Source of the DNA: Gammaproteobacteria bacterium
GTDB lineage: Bacteria > Pseudomonadota > Gammaproteobacteria > Steroidobacterales > GCA-2729495
Direction: 5' to 3'
Assembly: GCA_031395645.1 (NCBI GenBank)
Contig: JANNJM010000014.1
Location: 2,594-66,593, forward strand
DNA: 64,000 bases
Position numbers and translations under genes: made by a program. This document shows positions 7,279-16,640 of the stretch, in pieces. The notes under the pieces are model-generated. The model saw nothing but the letters and a program-made list of their open reading frames with translations, searched no databases and was not told the origin of the DNA. Positions within the stretch are counted from its first letter, which is position 1. Every line of letters begins with the position of its first letter.

Positions 7279-8559
7279 TCAGCGCCTCCGCCGCAGCAAC
7301 GGATAAAGCGCGCTGCCAGCAAGCAGTGCGACGCCACCCCAGAGCAGCTCGGGCGGCGAGCTTTGCGAGAGCAGGACCGTCACCCCGGCGATACCGGCCA
7401 GCGGGATCAGCGGGCCGAAGGGCGCACGGTAGCCCCCGACAGTCGGGTCAGTCGCCCGCAGGCGCAGCACGGCCGCACAGGTGACCCCGGTGACGATCAG
7501 CCGGGCCAGCACGTTGACGAGCACCAGCGAGAAGAAGTTCAGGCTCACCGCCAGCGCCCACGTGATGATCCCGTGCACCGCAATGGCGACCCAGGGACTG
7601 TGGTAGCGCTCGTGTACCCGGGAGAAGATGGCGGGGAACTGACCCTGTTCAGCCAGCGCGAACGTGACCCGTGGCACCACGAGTGATGCGCCGAGCACGT
7701 AGCCGCTGGTTGATATCAGGGCGGCGGCGCCAATGAGTGCGGCGCCGGTCGGGCCGATCAGTACGATCGCAGCATCCGCCAGGGGCCGGGTTGAGGTTGC
7801 AAGGTCGGGGTAGAGAGCGAACAGCACCCACTGCAGGACTACGTAGAGAAGCATCGCCCCGGCAATCGATATGAACAGTGCCCGCGGCACGTCCCGCTGC
7901 GGGTCCGCAGATTCACCGCCGGGCACGGTCGCAACCTCGAAGCCGCCGAAGGCAAACGCGACCAGCAGCACCGCACGCCAGAAGTCATCCGCAAGCAGTG
8001 GCGCTGCCGCCGACAGCGGCTTGCCAGCAATGACCAGTGCACCGCCGACTGCCAGCACGATAAGCGGAGCGAGCTTGGCCACGGTGAAGATGTTGGTCAG
8101 CGTCGAGCCGGTGCGTGCCCCGCGCAGGTTGATGAGCGTGACGGCAAGCACGAGGCTCGTGATGACGGCGATTCGCGGCCCCGGCTCCGCAGCCGCAGGT
8201 ACGAACAAGGCGAGATAACTGAGAAAAATATTGCACGCCGCGCCGACCGCCGCGAGACGCGACAGCCAGAAGATCCACGCGACTTCGAAGCCCACGAAGC
8301 CCCCAAATGCCGCCTTGGCCGCCAGATAGGGCCCACCCGTCGAGGAGAACCGGCCGGACGCTTCGGCAAAGGACATGGCGAACAGTAGCGACATCAGCCC
8401 TGCCACCAGAAAGGCGAGCGGCGCCCACAGACCCACCGCCGCGGCCGCGGTTGCCGGCAGCAGGAAGATGCCGCTGCCGACGATCGTGTTCAGCGATATC
8501 GCGGTGAGATCCCAGGGACCAAGTGTGCGGAGCAGTTGCGGCTGGTCTTCGGGGCCCAT
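7279..8559 (-). CDS. APC-family amino acid permease
   Basis: 426 aa with about 12 TM segments. The N-terminal LGPWDLTAISLNTIVGSGIFLLP motif is typical of APC transporters. Confidence 0.8.
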   Translation of the reverse strand: MGPEDQPQLLRTLGPWDLTAISLNTIVGSGIFLLPATAAAAVGLWAPLAFLVAGLMSLLFAMSFAEASGRFSSTGGPYLAAKAAFGGFVGFEVAWIFWLSRLAAVGAACNIFLSYLALFVPAAAEPGPRIAVITSLVLAVTLINLRGARTGSTLTNIFTVAKLAPLIVLAVGGALVIAGKPLSAAAPLLADDFWRAVLLVAFAFGGFEVATVPGGESADPQRDVPRALFISIAGAMLLYVVLQWVLFALYPDLATSTRPLADAAIVLIGPTGAALIGAAALISTSGYVLGASLVVPRVTFALAEQGQFPAIFSRVHERYHSPWVAIAVHGIITWALAVSLNFFSLVLVNVLARLIVTGVTCAAVLRLRATDPTVGGYRAPFGPLIPLAGIAGVTVLLSQSSPPELLWGGVALLAGSALYPLLRRRR

Positions 8560-8604
8560 GGCCGGATGGTGCCAGAACGGCGGACCGCAGAGGTGGTTCG
8601 TGGT

Positions 8605-8879
8605 TTACAGCCGCTGCACGTCCGGCAGTCGCGCGAACTGCCTGTCGAAGGTTCCGAGGGGCAGATGGCCAGCGAGTGATGGTTGAGCAGCATTTCGACG
8701 GCCAGTGCAATCTGCCGTCGCCCGAGTGCATAGACCGCATCGAGTACCCACATGGTCTCAACCAGAACGATGTGCGGTACCCACGCGCCCGAATTCACAA
8801 AGTTCTCGGCTGATGCGATCTGCGCCTCATCGTCCCGGGTAATCAACCAGACGAGAATATTGGTGTCAGCCGCGCGCAT
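8605..8879 (-). pseudogene. vapC: VapC (PIN-domain) toxin remnant with internal deletion and frameshift
   Basis: The N-terminus MRAADTNILVWL...VLVETMWVLD...AVEMLLNHHSL is PIN-like. The conserved C-terminus AGHLPLGTFDRQFARLPDVQRL-stop (stop at 8605-8607) lies in another frame, immediately after residue ~70. About 35-40 central residues appear to be missing. The track ORF instead reads through as low-complexity sequence into the permease gene. Confidence 0.55.
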
Positions 8880-9006
8880 GCCGTCGGCGGACGTAGGCGC
8901 GGATGCCCTCAGCCGGACTGGCTGGCTTCCTGGGCTTGACCGGGCGGCCGGCGAACAACGCGGCGTGGATTTCTGCCGAGGTGTACCGCTTGGCGCGACG
9001 GACCAT
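8866..9006 (-). CDS. 46-aa ORF in the antitoxin position upstream of the vapC remnant
   Basis: Below the track size cutoff. ATG 9006 overlaps the stop of the upstream oxidoreductase gene (TGATG), and the ORF end overlaps the vapC start by 14 nt. MVRRAKRYTSAEIHAALFAGRPVKPRKPASPAEGIRAYVRRRHARG. No family was recognised. Confidence 0.3.
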   Translation of the reverse strand: MVRRAKRYTSAEIHAALFAGRPVKPRKPASPAEGIRAYVRRRHARG

Positions 9007-11210
9007 CACTTCTCCGTCACCAGCGCAATCGCCCGCCCCACCACGCGCCCAAACCCCGCCTCACCGCGGGACCAGGCATGCAACGCACTGGAAAGCGCCA
9101 GCTTGCCCTCCGTCGCCGTCGTGCGCTTGTACACACCGGCGGCATACTTGTTGGCCTCGGCGAGCGTGGGATAGGTGTGGATCGTGCTGAGGATGCCTTC
9201 CAGACCGAAGCCGTGTTTCATGGCGGCGACGAACTCGATCAGCAGATCGCCGGCATGCTCGCCGACGATCGTCGCACCGAGGATCTTGTCCGTGCCCTTC
9301 GCGGTAAGCGCTTTTACGAAACCGTGGGCTTCGCCGTCGGCAATTGCGCGATCGAGATCATCGATCCCGTAGACGTGCACGTCGTGGGGCACATTCTGTG
9401 CCCGTGCTTCCTGCTCGTTCAGGCCTACCCGGGCGACCTCCGGGTCCGTGAAGGTCGTCCAGGGGACCACGCGGTAGTCGACCTTGAATTTACGGAAGGC
9501 GCCGAACAGCGAGTTGACGGCCGCGTACCAGGCCATGTGCGCAGCGGTGTGCGTGAACTGGAACGGCCCGGCCACGTCGCCGCAGGCGTAGATGTTCGGG
9601 TAGCTGGTCTGCAGGTATTCGTTGACCGCCACCACCTTGCCGGCCGGAATGCCCAGTTCCTCCAGTCCGAAGCCGGAAGTGTTGGCCACGCGGCCGACGG
9701 CGCAGAGGATTTCGTCGAAGGGGACGCGCAGAACCACACCGTCGTGCTCGACCAGCAGTACGTTCTCGCCATTCGCCTGCACGACACTCGTTGCTTTGTA
9801 TCCGGTCAGTACGCGGATACCTTCGGCCTGAAAGCGGGCCCTGACGGTAGCAGAGACGTCCTCGTCCTCGCGGGGCATCAGGCGCGAATGGCTTTGCACC
9901 TGTGTCACGGCCGAACCGAAGCGCGCAAAGCACTGCGCCAGTTCACACCCGATCGGTCCGCCACCGAGCACGACGAGGCGCCGTGGCAGCTTGCGGAGGG
10001 CCCAGATCGTGTCCGAGGTTAACGGGTTGACCTCGGCGAGACCCGGGATCGGCGGCACGAACGGCCGGGCGCCGGTCGCAATCACGATATTGCGCGTGGT
10101 CAGCCGCTGCAGGCTGCCGTCCGCCTTGCGAATCTCGACTTCCCAGGGCGTGACGATGCGCGCGGTACCCGCAATGCAGTCGACGCCGAGACCCGTGTAA
10201 CGCTGGACTGAATCATGGGGCTCGATCTCAGCGATCACACGCTGGACCCGCTCCATGACGTCCGCAAAATTCCACTCGGCACTCGCCGATGCAATGCCGA
10301 ATTCCTTTGCCCGCGAGATGTGGTTCAGCAGCTTCGCCGAGCGGATCAGTGCCTTGGAAGGTACGCAGCCCGTGTACAGGCAGTCGCCGCCCATCCGGTG
10401 GCGTTCCACCAGTGTCACCTTCGCCCGTACGGCCGCCGCGATGTAGCTGGTCACCAGGCCCGCAGAGCCCGCGCCGATGACGACCACGTTCCGGTCGAAG
10501 CGCGCGGGTCTGCGGCCGGCCCACGGCGCATAGACCCGGCGAGCCCGGAAGGCGTCGATGATTTTCTTCGAGATGATTGGCAAGATACCGAGGGCCACGA
10601 ATGCAAGGAGAATGCGGGGCGACAGGATGCCCTTGAGGGACGTGAGCCTGGCGAGTTCGGTGCCGGCATTCACGAAGGCCGCCGTGCCGAGCAGCATGCC
10701 GAGCTGTGACACCCAGTAGAACGTCCAGGTCTTCATCGACGTCAGGCCCATGACCAGGTTGACGACAAAGAAGGGGAAGGCCGGGACCAGTCGCACGGTG
10801 AACAGATAAAAGCCACCCTCCTGGTCGACGCCCCGGTTGATCGCTGCCACCGTGGCTCCGAACCGCGCACGCATCGCATCACGCAGCAGGAAGCGCGACG
10901 TGAGGAATGCCAGCGTGGCGCCGATCGACGAGGCAAAGGAGACCAGAACCAGCCCGACGGCCAGGCCGAAGATGGCGCCGGCAGCGAGGGTGAGCACTAC
11001 CGCGCCGGGGACCGACAGGGCGGCCAGTGCCACGTAGATAAGAAAGAACAATGCGGCAGTCCGCAGCGGGTTAGCCGCGTAGTAGGCGGCGAGGGCGGCC
11101 TGTTGTGACTGGACGAAGTCCAGCGTGAAGTATCGGCCAAGGCCGAGGCCGAAGAACAGCAGCACAGCAGCGGCCACTGCGACGAGGAGAACCAGTCGAC
11201 GCCTGTTCAT
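9006..11210 (-). CDS. TVP38/TMEM64 (DedA/SNARE-associated) membrane domain fused to a pyridine-nucleotide-disulfide oxidoreductase
   Basis: 734 aa from ATG 11210 (MNRRRLVLLV...); the track ORF extends to 11459. The N-terminal ~230 aa are DedA-like TM helices. These are followed by VVVIGAGSAGL, the redox-active GGDCLYTGCVPSK disulfide and a C-terminal dimerisation domain, as in dihydrolipoamide/mercuric reductase relatives. Confidence 0.8.
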   Translation of the reverse strand: MNRRRLVLLVAVAAAVLLFFGLGLGRYFTLDFVQSQQAALAAYYAANPLRTAALFFLIYVALAALSVPGAVVLTLAAGAIFGLAVGLVLVSFASSIGATLAFLTSRFLLRDAMRARFGATVAAINRGVDQEGGFYLFTVRLVPAFPFFVVNLVMGLTSMKTWTFYWVSQLGMLLGTAAFVNAGTELARLTSLKGILSPRILLAFVALGILPIISKKIIDAFRARRVYAPWAGRRPARFDRNVVVIGAGSAGLVTSYIAAAVRAKVTLVERHRMGGDCLYTGCVPSKALIRSAKLLNHISRAKEFGIASASAEWNFADVMERVQRVIAEIEPHDSVQRYTGLGVDCIAGTARIVTPWEVEIRKADGSLQRLTTRNIVIATGARPFVPPIPGLAEVNPLTSDTIWALRKLPRRLVVLGGGPIGCELAQCFARFGSAVTQVQSHSRLMPREDEDVSATVRARFQAEGIRVLTGYKATSVVQANGENVLLVEHDGVVLRVPFDEILCAVGRVANTSGFGLEELGIPAGKVVAVNEYLQTSYPNIYACGDVAGPFQFTHTAAHMAWYAAVNSLFGAFRKFKVDYRVVPWTTFTDPEVARVGLNEQEARAQNVPHDVHVYGIDDLDRAIADGEAHGFVKALTAKGTDKILGATIVGEHAGDLLIEFVAAMKHGFGLEGILSTIHTYPTLAEANKYAAGVYKRTTATEGKLALSSALHAWSRGEAGFGRVVGRAIALVTEK

Positions 11211-11227
11211 AGGGGTGCCAGCGGCGG

Positions 11228-12562
11228 TCAGGCGTAGAGGCCGCGCATCGCCGAGGCCTCGGCAACCCGCTGTATCGCGACCATGAAGGCGGCAATTCGC
11301 ATGGTCACCCGCCGCTTGCGCATCGTCGCGTAAACTTCGTCGAAGGCCGTATCCATGATCCGCTGCAGGTCCTGGTTCACGCGTTCCTCGGTCCAGTAGT
11401 AGCCAATGCGGTTCTGCACCCACTCGAGGTAGGAAACGGTAACCCCGCCGGCATTGCACAGGATATCCGGGATCAGGAACACTCCCTTCCGGGCGAGAAG
11501 CTCGTCCGCATCCGGCGTGGTCGGCCCGTTGGCACCTTCTGCAAGGATGCGCGCGCGGATGCGCGGTGCGTTTTGCGCGGTGATCTGGTTTTCCAGGGCC
11601 GCCGGCACGAGGATATCGACCGGCAGCTCGAGCAGCTGCATCGGCCGGCGCATCTTTGTCGCCCCCTTGAACCCCCGCAGTGATCCCCGCCTGGCGACAT
11701 GGGCCACCGCCGCGGCAACGTCGATGCCAGCCGGATTCCGGAAGGCGCCCTCGACGTCACTGATGGCGATGATCTTCACGCCATCGTCGGCGAGGAACCG
11801 CGCGGCGTAGCTACCGACGTTGCCGAAGCCCTGGATGGCCGCCGTTGCGCCGCGGAGTTCGACACCCAGGCGCGCCGCCGCCTTGCGGATGCAAACGACA
11901 ATGCCACGGGAGGTGGCGCTCTGGCGCCCCGCCGAGCCGCCCAGTTCTGTGGGTTTGCCGGTGATGACGCCAGGCAGATGGTCGTGCTTGTGCATGATGT
12001 AGGTGTCCATCATCCAGCTCATCACCTGGGGGCCCGTATTCACGTCAGGTGCCGGCACGTCCCGGTCGGGGCCAAACAGGTCGATCATCTCGGCCATGTA
12101 GCGCCGCGAGAGCCGCTCGCGTTCACCGATCGAGAGCGTGCGGGGATCGACCACGACGCCACCCTTGGCTCCGCCCATCGGGATGCCCACGACCGCGCAT
12201 TTGTAGGTCATCCAGAAGGCCAGCGCCTTCATCTCGTCCAGATTGACGTCTTGATGGAAACGGATGCCGCCCTTGCCCGGCCCGCGGGCAAAACTGTGCT
12301 GCACCCGAAAGGCCTGGAAGTTGCGAATGCTGCCGTCATCCATACGGACCGGCAGGCGTACCTCGGTGATGCGCCGGGGCAGCTTGATCATCGCGATCTG
12401 GTTGTCGGAGAGGTGCAGCCGGCGGGCGGCCGTGTCGAACTGCTCGAGCGCGTTCGCGAAGGCCGAGACGTGCCATTCCTCGAGAGAGCCCGCGATCTGC
12501 CGGCGGCGCGCGGCGCTGCCTGCGAGGCGCCGGCGGTCGCTCGCTGTAGATTTCACTGGCAT
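11228..12562 (-). CDS. Glu/Leu/Phe/Val dehydrogenase (glutamate dehydrogenase type)
   Basis: 444 aa with GGIRFH, the GIPMGGAKGGVVVDP catalytic-Lys region and GFGNVG NAD(P) loop. It starts 7 nt after the putA stop. Confidence 0.85.
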   Translation of the reverse strand: MPVKSTASDRRRLAGSAARRRQIAGSLEEWHVSAFANALEQFDTAARRLHLSDNQIAMIKLPRRITEVRLPVRMDDGSIRNFQAFRVQHSFARGPGKGGIRFHQDVNLDEMKALAFWMTYKCAVVGIPMGGAKGGVVVDPRTLSIGERERLSRRYMAEMIDLFGPDRDVPAPDVNTGPQVMSWMMDTYIMHKHDHLPGVITGKPTELGGSAGRQSATSRGIVVCIRKAAARLGVELRGATAAIQGFGNVGSYAARFLADDGVKIIAISDVEGAFRNPAGIDVAAAVAHVARRGSLRGFKGATKMRRPMQLLELPVDILVPAALENQITAQNAPRIRARILAEGANGPTTPDADELLARKGVFLIPDILCNAGGVTVSYLEWVQNRIGYYWTEERVNQDLQRIMDTAFDEVYATMRKRRVTMRIAAFMVAIQRVAEASAMRGLYA

Positions 12563-12569
12563 GAGCAGC

Positions 12570-15500
12570 TCACTCCATCGACAGCAGGCTGGCGTTACCG
12601 CCGGCTGCCGTCGTATTGGTGCACGTTACACGCTCGACCGCGAACCTCTGCAGGTAATGCGGGCCACCGGCTTTCGGTCCGGTTCCGGACAACCCTTGCC
12701 CTCCAAACGGCTGGGCGCCGACGACCGCACCAATCTGATTGCGGTTGACGTAGAGGTTACCCACTCGGGCCTTCGCCTGAACGAGGTCTATCGTTGCCTG
12801 GATCCGCGAATGCACGCCGAGTGTCAGTCCATAGCCGGTTGCGTTGATAGCATCGCACACCTGCGAGAGCTGTGAGGCGCTGAAACGTACGACGTGCAGC
12901 ACGGGCCCGAACACCTCGCGTGATAGCTGGGCAATACTCCCGATCTCGAAGGCCTGCGGGGGGAAGTAGGTGCCGTGGGAGCAGTCGGCCGGTAGCGGCG
13001 TGCGCGCAATGAGCCTGCCTTCGCGTTGCATGCGCTCGGCGTGGGCCACGAGCAGTGCGCGTGCCGCCTCGTCGATGACCGGCCCGATGTCCGTATCGAG
13101 ACGCAACGGGTCGCCGACGCGGAGCTCTGTCATGGCGCCGGCCAGCAGTTCGAGCACGCGTTCCGCGACATCCTCCTGCACGAACAGCACCCGCAAAGCA
13201 GAACACCGCTGACCGGCGCTGTCGAATGCCGAGCTGAGCACATCGTGAACCAGCTGCTCAGGCAGTGCGGTGGAGTCGGCCAGCATGGCGTTCTGTCCGC
13301 CGGTTTCGGCGATCAGGGTTGCAATCGGACCAGGACGGGCAGCAAGGTTCCGGTTGATCAGCTGCGCCACCTCCGTGGAGCCTGTGAACACGACGCCGTC
13401 GACGCCTGGATCGTTCACCAGTGCGCCACCGATGGCTGTCCCGGCGCCCGGCAGGAATTGCAGCACCGAGCCGGGTACGCCGGCCTCGTGCAGTAGTCGC
13501 ACCGCTGTGAAGGCGGTCAGCGGAGTCTGCTCTGCGGGCTTTGCGACCACGGCATTGCCCGCCGCGAGGGCTGCCGCCACCTGGCCCGTGAAGATGGCAA
13601 CCGGAAAGTTCCAGGGGCTGATGCAGGCGAAGACGCCCCGCCCGTGCAGTGCAATCTCATTGCGTTCCCCCGTCGGACCCGGGAGTGGCTTGGGGCCCGC
13701 GAAGTCGGCGCGGGCGATCATCGCGTAGTAGCGCAGGAAGTCGATGGCCTCACGCACGTCACCCACGCCATTCGCGACCGTCTTGCCCGCTTCCCTGACG
13801 CAGAGCCCGACGAGGAGCGGCATGTCGCGCTCGAAAAGCTCCGCGGCGCGCTCCAGGATTGCCGCCCGACCAGATCCACCCAGTGCATCCCAGGCAGGCT
13901 GGGCCTCGCGAGCGCCAGCAACGGCGCGCTGCACGTGAGCGGCGGTGGCATGCACCACCTTGCCGGCTTCACTGCGCGTATCGGCCGGATTGACCACGGG
14001 CTCGATGCGCCCGTGCTGTGCTTCGCCGCCGACCAGGGGCCGTGCGACCACCTCGGACGCGAGGGTGCGCTGGACGGCAGTCAGGAACGGCTGCGCCTCT
14101 GCCGGATCGCTCAGCAGCAGGCCGCGCGAATTGCGGCGCCCGGGGAAAATATCGGCGGGCAGCGGGATGCGCGGGTGGGCCTTTGGCTGTGCGGCCATGA
14201 TCTGCCCGACCGGGTCCCCAATGATGTCCTCGATGGGCGCATCGTCGTCGGCCAGGCGATTGACGAAGGAGGTATTGGCGCCGTTTTCCAGCAGGCGCCG
14301 GACCAGATACGCGAGCAGGTCTTCGTGCGCGCCAACCGGGGCGTAGATGCGGCAGGGCACAGCCAGCCCGTCTTTGGCAATCACCTGGTCGTAGAGTTCT
14401 TCGCCCATGCCATGCAGGCGCTGGAACTCATAGTCCGTAGCCTCACCGGCGAGCACGTGCACGGCGGCCAGTGTGTGCGCGTTGTGGGTTGCGAACATCG
14501 GAAAGAACGCCGCGGGGTCAGCCAGCAGCGCGCGGGCGCAGGCGAGGTAGGAGGTGTCGGTGGCCGCCTTGCGCGTGAAGACCGGATAGCCGGCCAGACC
14601 CTGCTCCTGGGCGCGCTTGATTTCGGTATCCCAGTAGGCGCCCTTCACGAGCCGTACGGGAATGCGCCGCTGCTGCTGACGTGCCAGTGCGCCGAGCCAG
14701 TCGATGACGGCGGTGGCCCGCTTGCCATAGGCTTGTACGGCAATCCCCAGACCGTTCCAGCCGGCGAGATCCGCGTGCGCTCCCGCCGCCTGCAGGACCT
14801 CCAGCTGCAGCTCCAGCCGGTCGGCCTCCTCGGCGTCGATGGTGAGGCCTATGCCAGTCGTTCTGGCCGCTCGGCCCAGCGCGACGAGGCGGGGAACCAG
14901 CTCATCCAGCACACGCCCGCGCTGGCTGTATTCCAGGCGCGGATGCAGTGCCGAGAGTTTCACCGAGATTGAATTGCGGGTGAAAACGTTCTGCCCGCCG
15001 TCCTCGTGGGCGCCGATACCCGCAATAGCCGACTCGTAGCTTAAGAAATAGCGCTGTGCATCCGCCGCCGTCAATGCCGCCTCGCCGAGCATGTCGAAGG
15101 AGAACCTGCAGCCGCGCGTGGCCCACTCGTTGCCACGGCTCAATGCCTCGCTGATCGTGCGACCCAGTACGAATTGCCCGCCCATGATGCGCATGGCGAA
15201 AATCATCGCCTGGCGGATGACGGGTTCGCCGGTGCGGGCAATGATCCGCCCGAAGATCGTGGTCCAGTCGGTGCGGTCATCGCCGAGCTGCACCACCCGA
15301 CCGGTGAGCAGCAGCGCCCAGGTCGAGGCATTGACGAACAGCGATGAGGATTGCCCCAGGTGCTTTTCCCAGTGCGCCTGCTCGATCTTGTCGCGGATCA
15401 GCTTGTCGGCGGTTTCGGCATCGGGCACCCGCAGCAGCGCCTCAGCCAGGCACATGAGCACCACGCCTTCGTCGGTCGTCAGAGCGTACTGACTGAGGAA

Positions 15501-15710
15501 CGCGTCGAGACCACCGCGCCGGCGCCCGGCCCGGACCCGGGTGACCAGGTGGCGAGCCAGCGACCCGGTGCGCGAGTGTTCGTCTGGTGTCAGGCGTGCG
15601 CGTTCGATGAGCGCTTCAAGCACTTCAGCCTCATCCGCCCGATAGGCGGCAGACATCGCGGTCCGGGCCGTCTGCAGGGGATCTGCCTTGGCGGTGGTGA
15701 CCATGCTCAT
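12570..15710 (-). CDS. putA: bifunctional proline dehydrogenase / glutamate-gamma-semialdehyde dehydrogenase PutA (no N-terminal RHH domain)
   Basis: 1046 aa. The N-terminal PRODH barrel is followed by an aldehyde dehydrogenase domain (FTGSTEVA, AETGGQNA, GQRCSALR). Confidence 0.9.
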   Translation of the reverse strand: MSMVTTAKADPLQTARTAMSAAYRADEAEVLEALIERARLTPDEHSRTGSLARHLVTRVRAGRRRGGLDAFLSQYALTTDEGVVLMCLAEALLRVPDAETADKLIRDKIEQAHWEKHLGQSSSLFVNASTWALLLTGRVVQLGDDRTDWTTIFGRIIARTGEPVIRQAMIFAMRIMGGQFVLGRTISEALSRGNEWATRGCRFSFDMLGEAALTAADAQRYFLSYESAIAGIGAHEDGGQNVFTRNSISVKLSALHPRLEYSQRGRVLDELVPRLVALGRAARTTGIGLTIDAEEADRLELQLEVLQAAGAHADLAGWNGLGIAVQAYGKRATAVIDWLGALARQQQRRIPVRLVKGAYWDTEIKRAQEQGLAGYPVFTRKAATDTSYLACARALLADPAAFFPMFATHNAHTLAAVHVLAGEATDYEFQRLHGMGEELYDQVIAKDGLAVPCRIYAPVGAHEDLLAYLVRRLLENGANTSFVNRLADDDAPIEDIIGDPVGQIMAAQPKAHPRIPLPADIFPGRRNSRGLLLSDPAEAQPFLTAVQRTLASEVVARPLVGGEAQHGRIEPVVNPADTRSEAGKVVHATAAHVQRAVAGAREAQPAWDALGGSGRAAILERAAELFERDMPLLVGLCVREAGKTVANGVGDVREAIDFLRYYAMIARADFAGPKPLPGPTGERNEIALHGRGVFACISPWNFPVAIFTGQVAAALAAGNAVVAKPAEQTPLTAFTAVRLLHEAGVPGSVLQFLPGAGTAIGGALVNDPGVDGVVFTGSTEVAQLINRNLAARPGPIATLIAETGGQNAMLADSTALPEQLVHDVLSSAFDSAGQRCSALRVLFVQEDVAERVLELLAGAMTELRVGDPLRLDTDIGPVIDEAARALLVAHAERMQREGRLIARTPLPADCSHGTYFPPQAFEIGSIAQLSREVFGPVLHVVRFSASQLSQVCDAINATGYGLTLGVHSRIQATIDLVQAKARVGNLYVNRNQIGAVVGAQPFGGQGLSGTGPKAGGPHYLQRFAVERVTCTNTTAAGGNASLLSME

Positions 15711-16624
15711 GCCCTCCGCATAAGTGTGCTCTTGCCGAACAGCGACGCGATCAGCTCGACCGTGACCTCCGCGGTGCGATTGCGCACGTCAAGGGCCGGG
15801 TTCAGCTCCATGATGTCGAGCGAGCCCAGGCGGCCCGTATCCGCGATCATCTCCATGCACAGCTGCGCCTCGCGATACGACGGCCCGCCGGGCACCGTCG
15901 TGGCGACTCCCGGCGCGATGTCCGGGTCGAGGAAATCCACGTCGAAGCTCACGTGCAGGTGGGTCTCAGCAGACATGCCCTTGAGGGCCCGGTCGAGTGT
16001 CTGGCGCATGCCCACTTCATCGATGAAGCGCATGTCGAATACTTCCAGGCCAGCTGCGTGCACGAGGCGCTTCTCGCCCTCATCGACGCTGCGGATGCCG
16101 ATCTGGCGGATCGCGTCGGGAGGGAGTGCCACGTCGTTGCCGCTCAGTGTGGTCAGTTCCCGAGGTCCGCGGCCGCTCAGGCACGCCACCGGCATGCCGT
16201 GCAGATTACCGCTGGGTGTGAGTCCGTTGGTATTGAAATCCGCGTGGGCGTCCAGCCAGAGTACCCGGAGTTGCTTACCCACAGCACGGCAGTGGTGGGC
16301 GACCGCGCTGATCGAGCCGATGGCGAGGCAGTGATCGCCACCGAGCAGGACGGGCAGTCGCTGCGCTTCGAGCTCGCTCTGCACGGCGTCACGCACCAGC
16401 GTGTTCCAGGCGGTGACCTCGGCCAGGTGCCGGTAGCCGTTGACGGGCGGCAGACACGGATTGGCGGGCCCATGGAGGTTGCCGCGATCCTGCACGTCGA
16501 TCCCTAAGGACTCGAGTACTGCCTGCAGTTGTGCGACCCGCAGCGCCTCGGGTCCCATGGAGGCACCGCGACTTCCTGCGCCGATGTCGGTTGGCGCGCC
16601 TATTAGTGCGACTGTGGCTTGCAT
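15707..16624 (-). CDS. rocF: arginase
   Basis: 305 aa from ATG 16624 with AGGAAAG upstream; the track ORF is extended to 17029. It carries the ureohydrolase Mn motifs GGDHCLAIG, DAHADFN and SFDVDFLDP. Its stop overlaps the putA start (ATGA). Confidence 0.85.
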   Translation of the reverse strand: MQATVALIGAPTDIGAGSRGASMGPEALRVAQLQAVLESLGIDVQDRGNLHGPANPCLPPVNGYRHLAEVTAWNTLVRDAVQSELEAQRLPVLLGGDHCLAIGSISAVAHHCRAVGKQLRVLWLDAHADFNTNGLTPSGNLHGMPVACLSGRGPRELTTLSGNDVALPPDAIRQIGIRSVDEGEKRLVHAAGLEVFDMRFIDEVGMRQTLDRALKGMSAETHLHVSFDVDFLDPDIAPGVATTVPGGPSYREAQLCMEMIADTGRLGSLDIMELNPALDVRNRTAEVTVELIASLFGKSTLMRRA

Positions 16625-16640
16625 GGCGGTCTTTCCTTGA

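Noticed and set aside
9006-11459. N-terminal extensions of track ORFs taken at face value. Examples: 9006-11459, 15707-17029, 16641-17765, 21478-22296, 23244-25562, 33645-34889, 43372-44037, 46296-47270, 48115-49068, 53546-54388 and 56935-57552.
   Set aside because: The extensions are low-complexity and overlap neighbouring genes. In every case they precede an internal ATG or GTG that has a good Shine-Dalgarno sequence or stop-start coupling, and that is where the recognisable family sequence begins.
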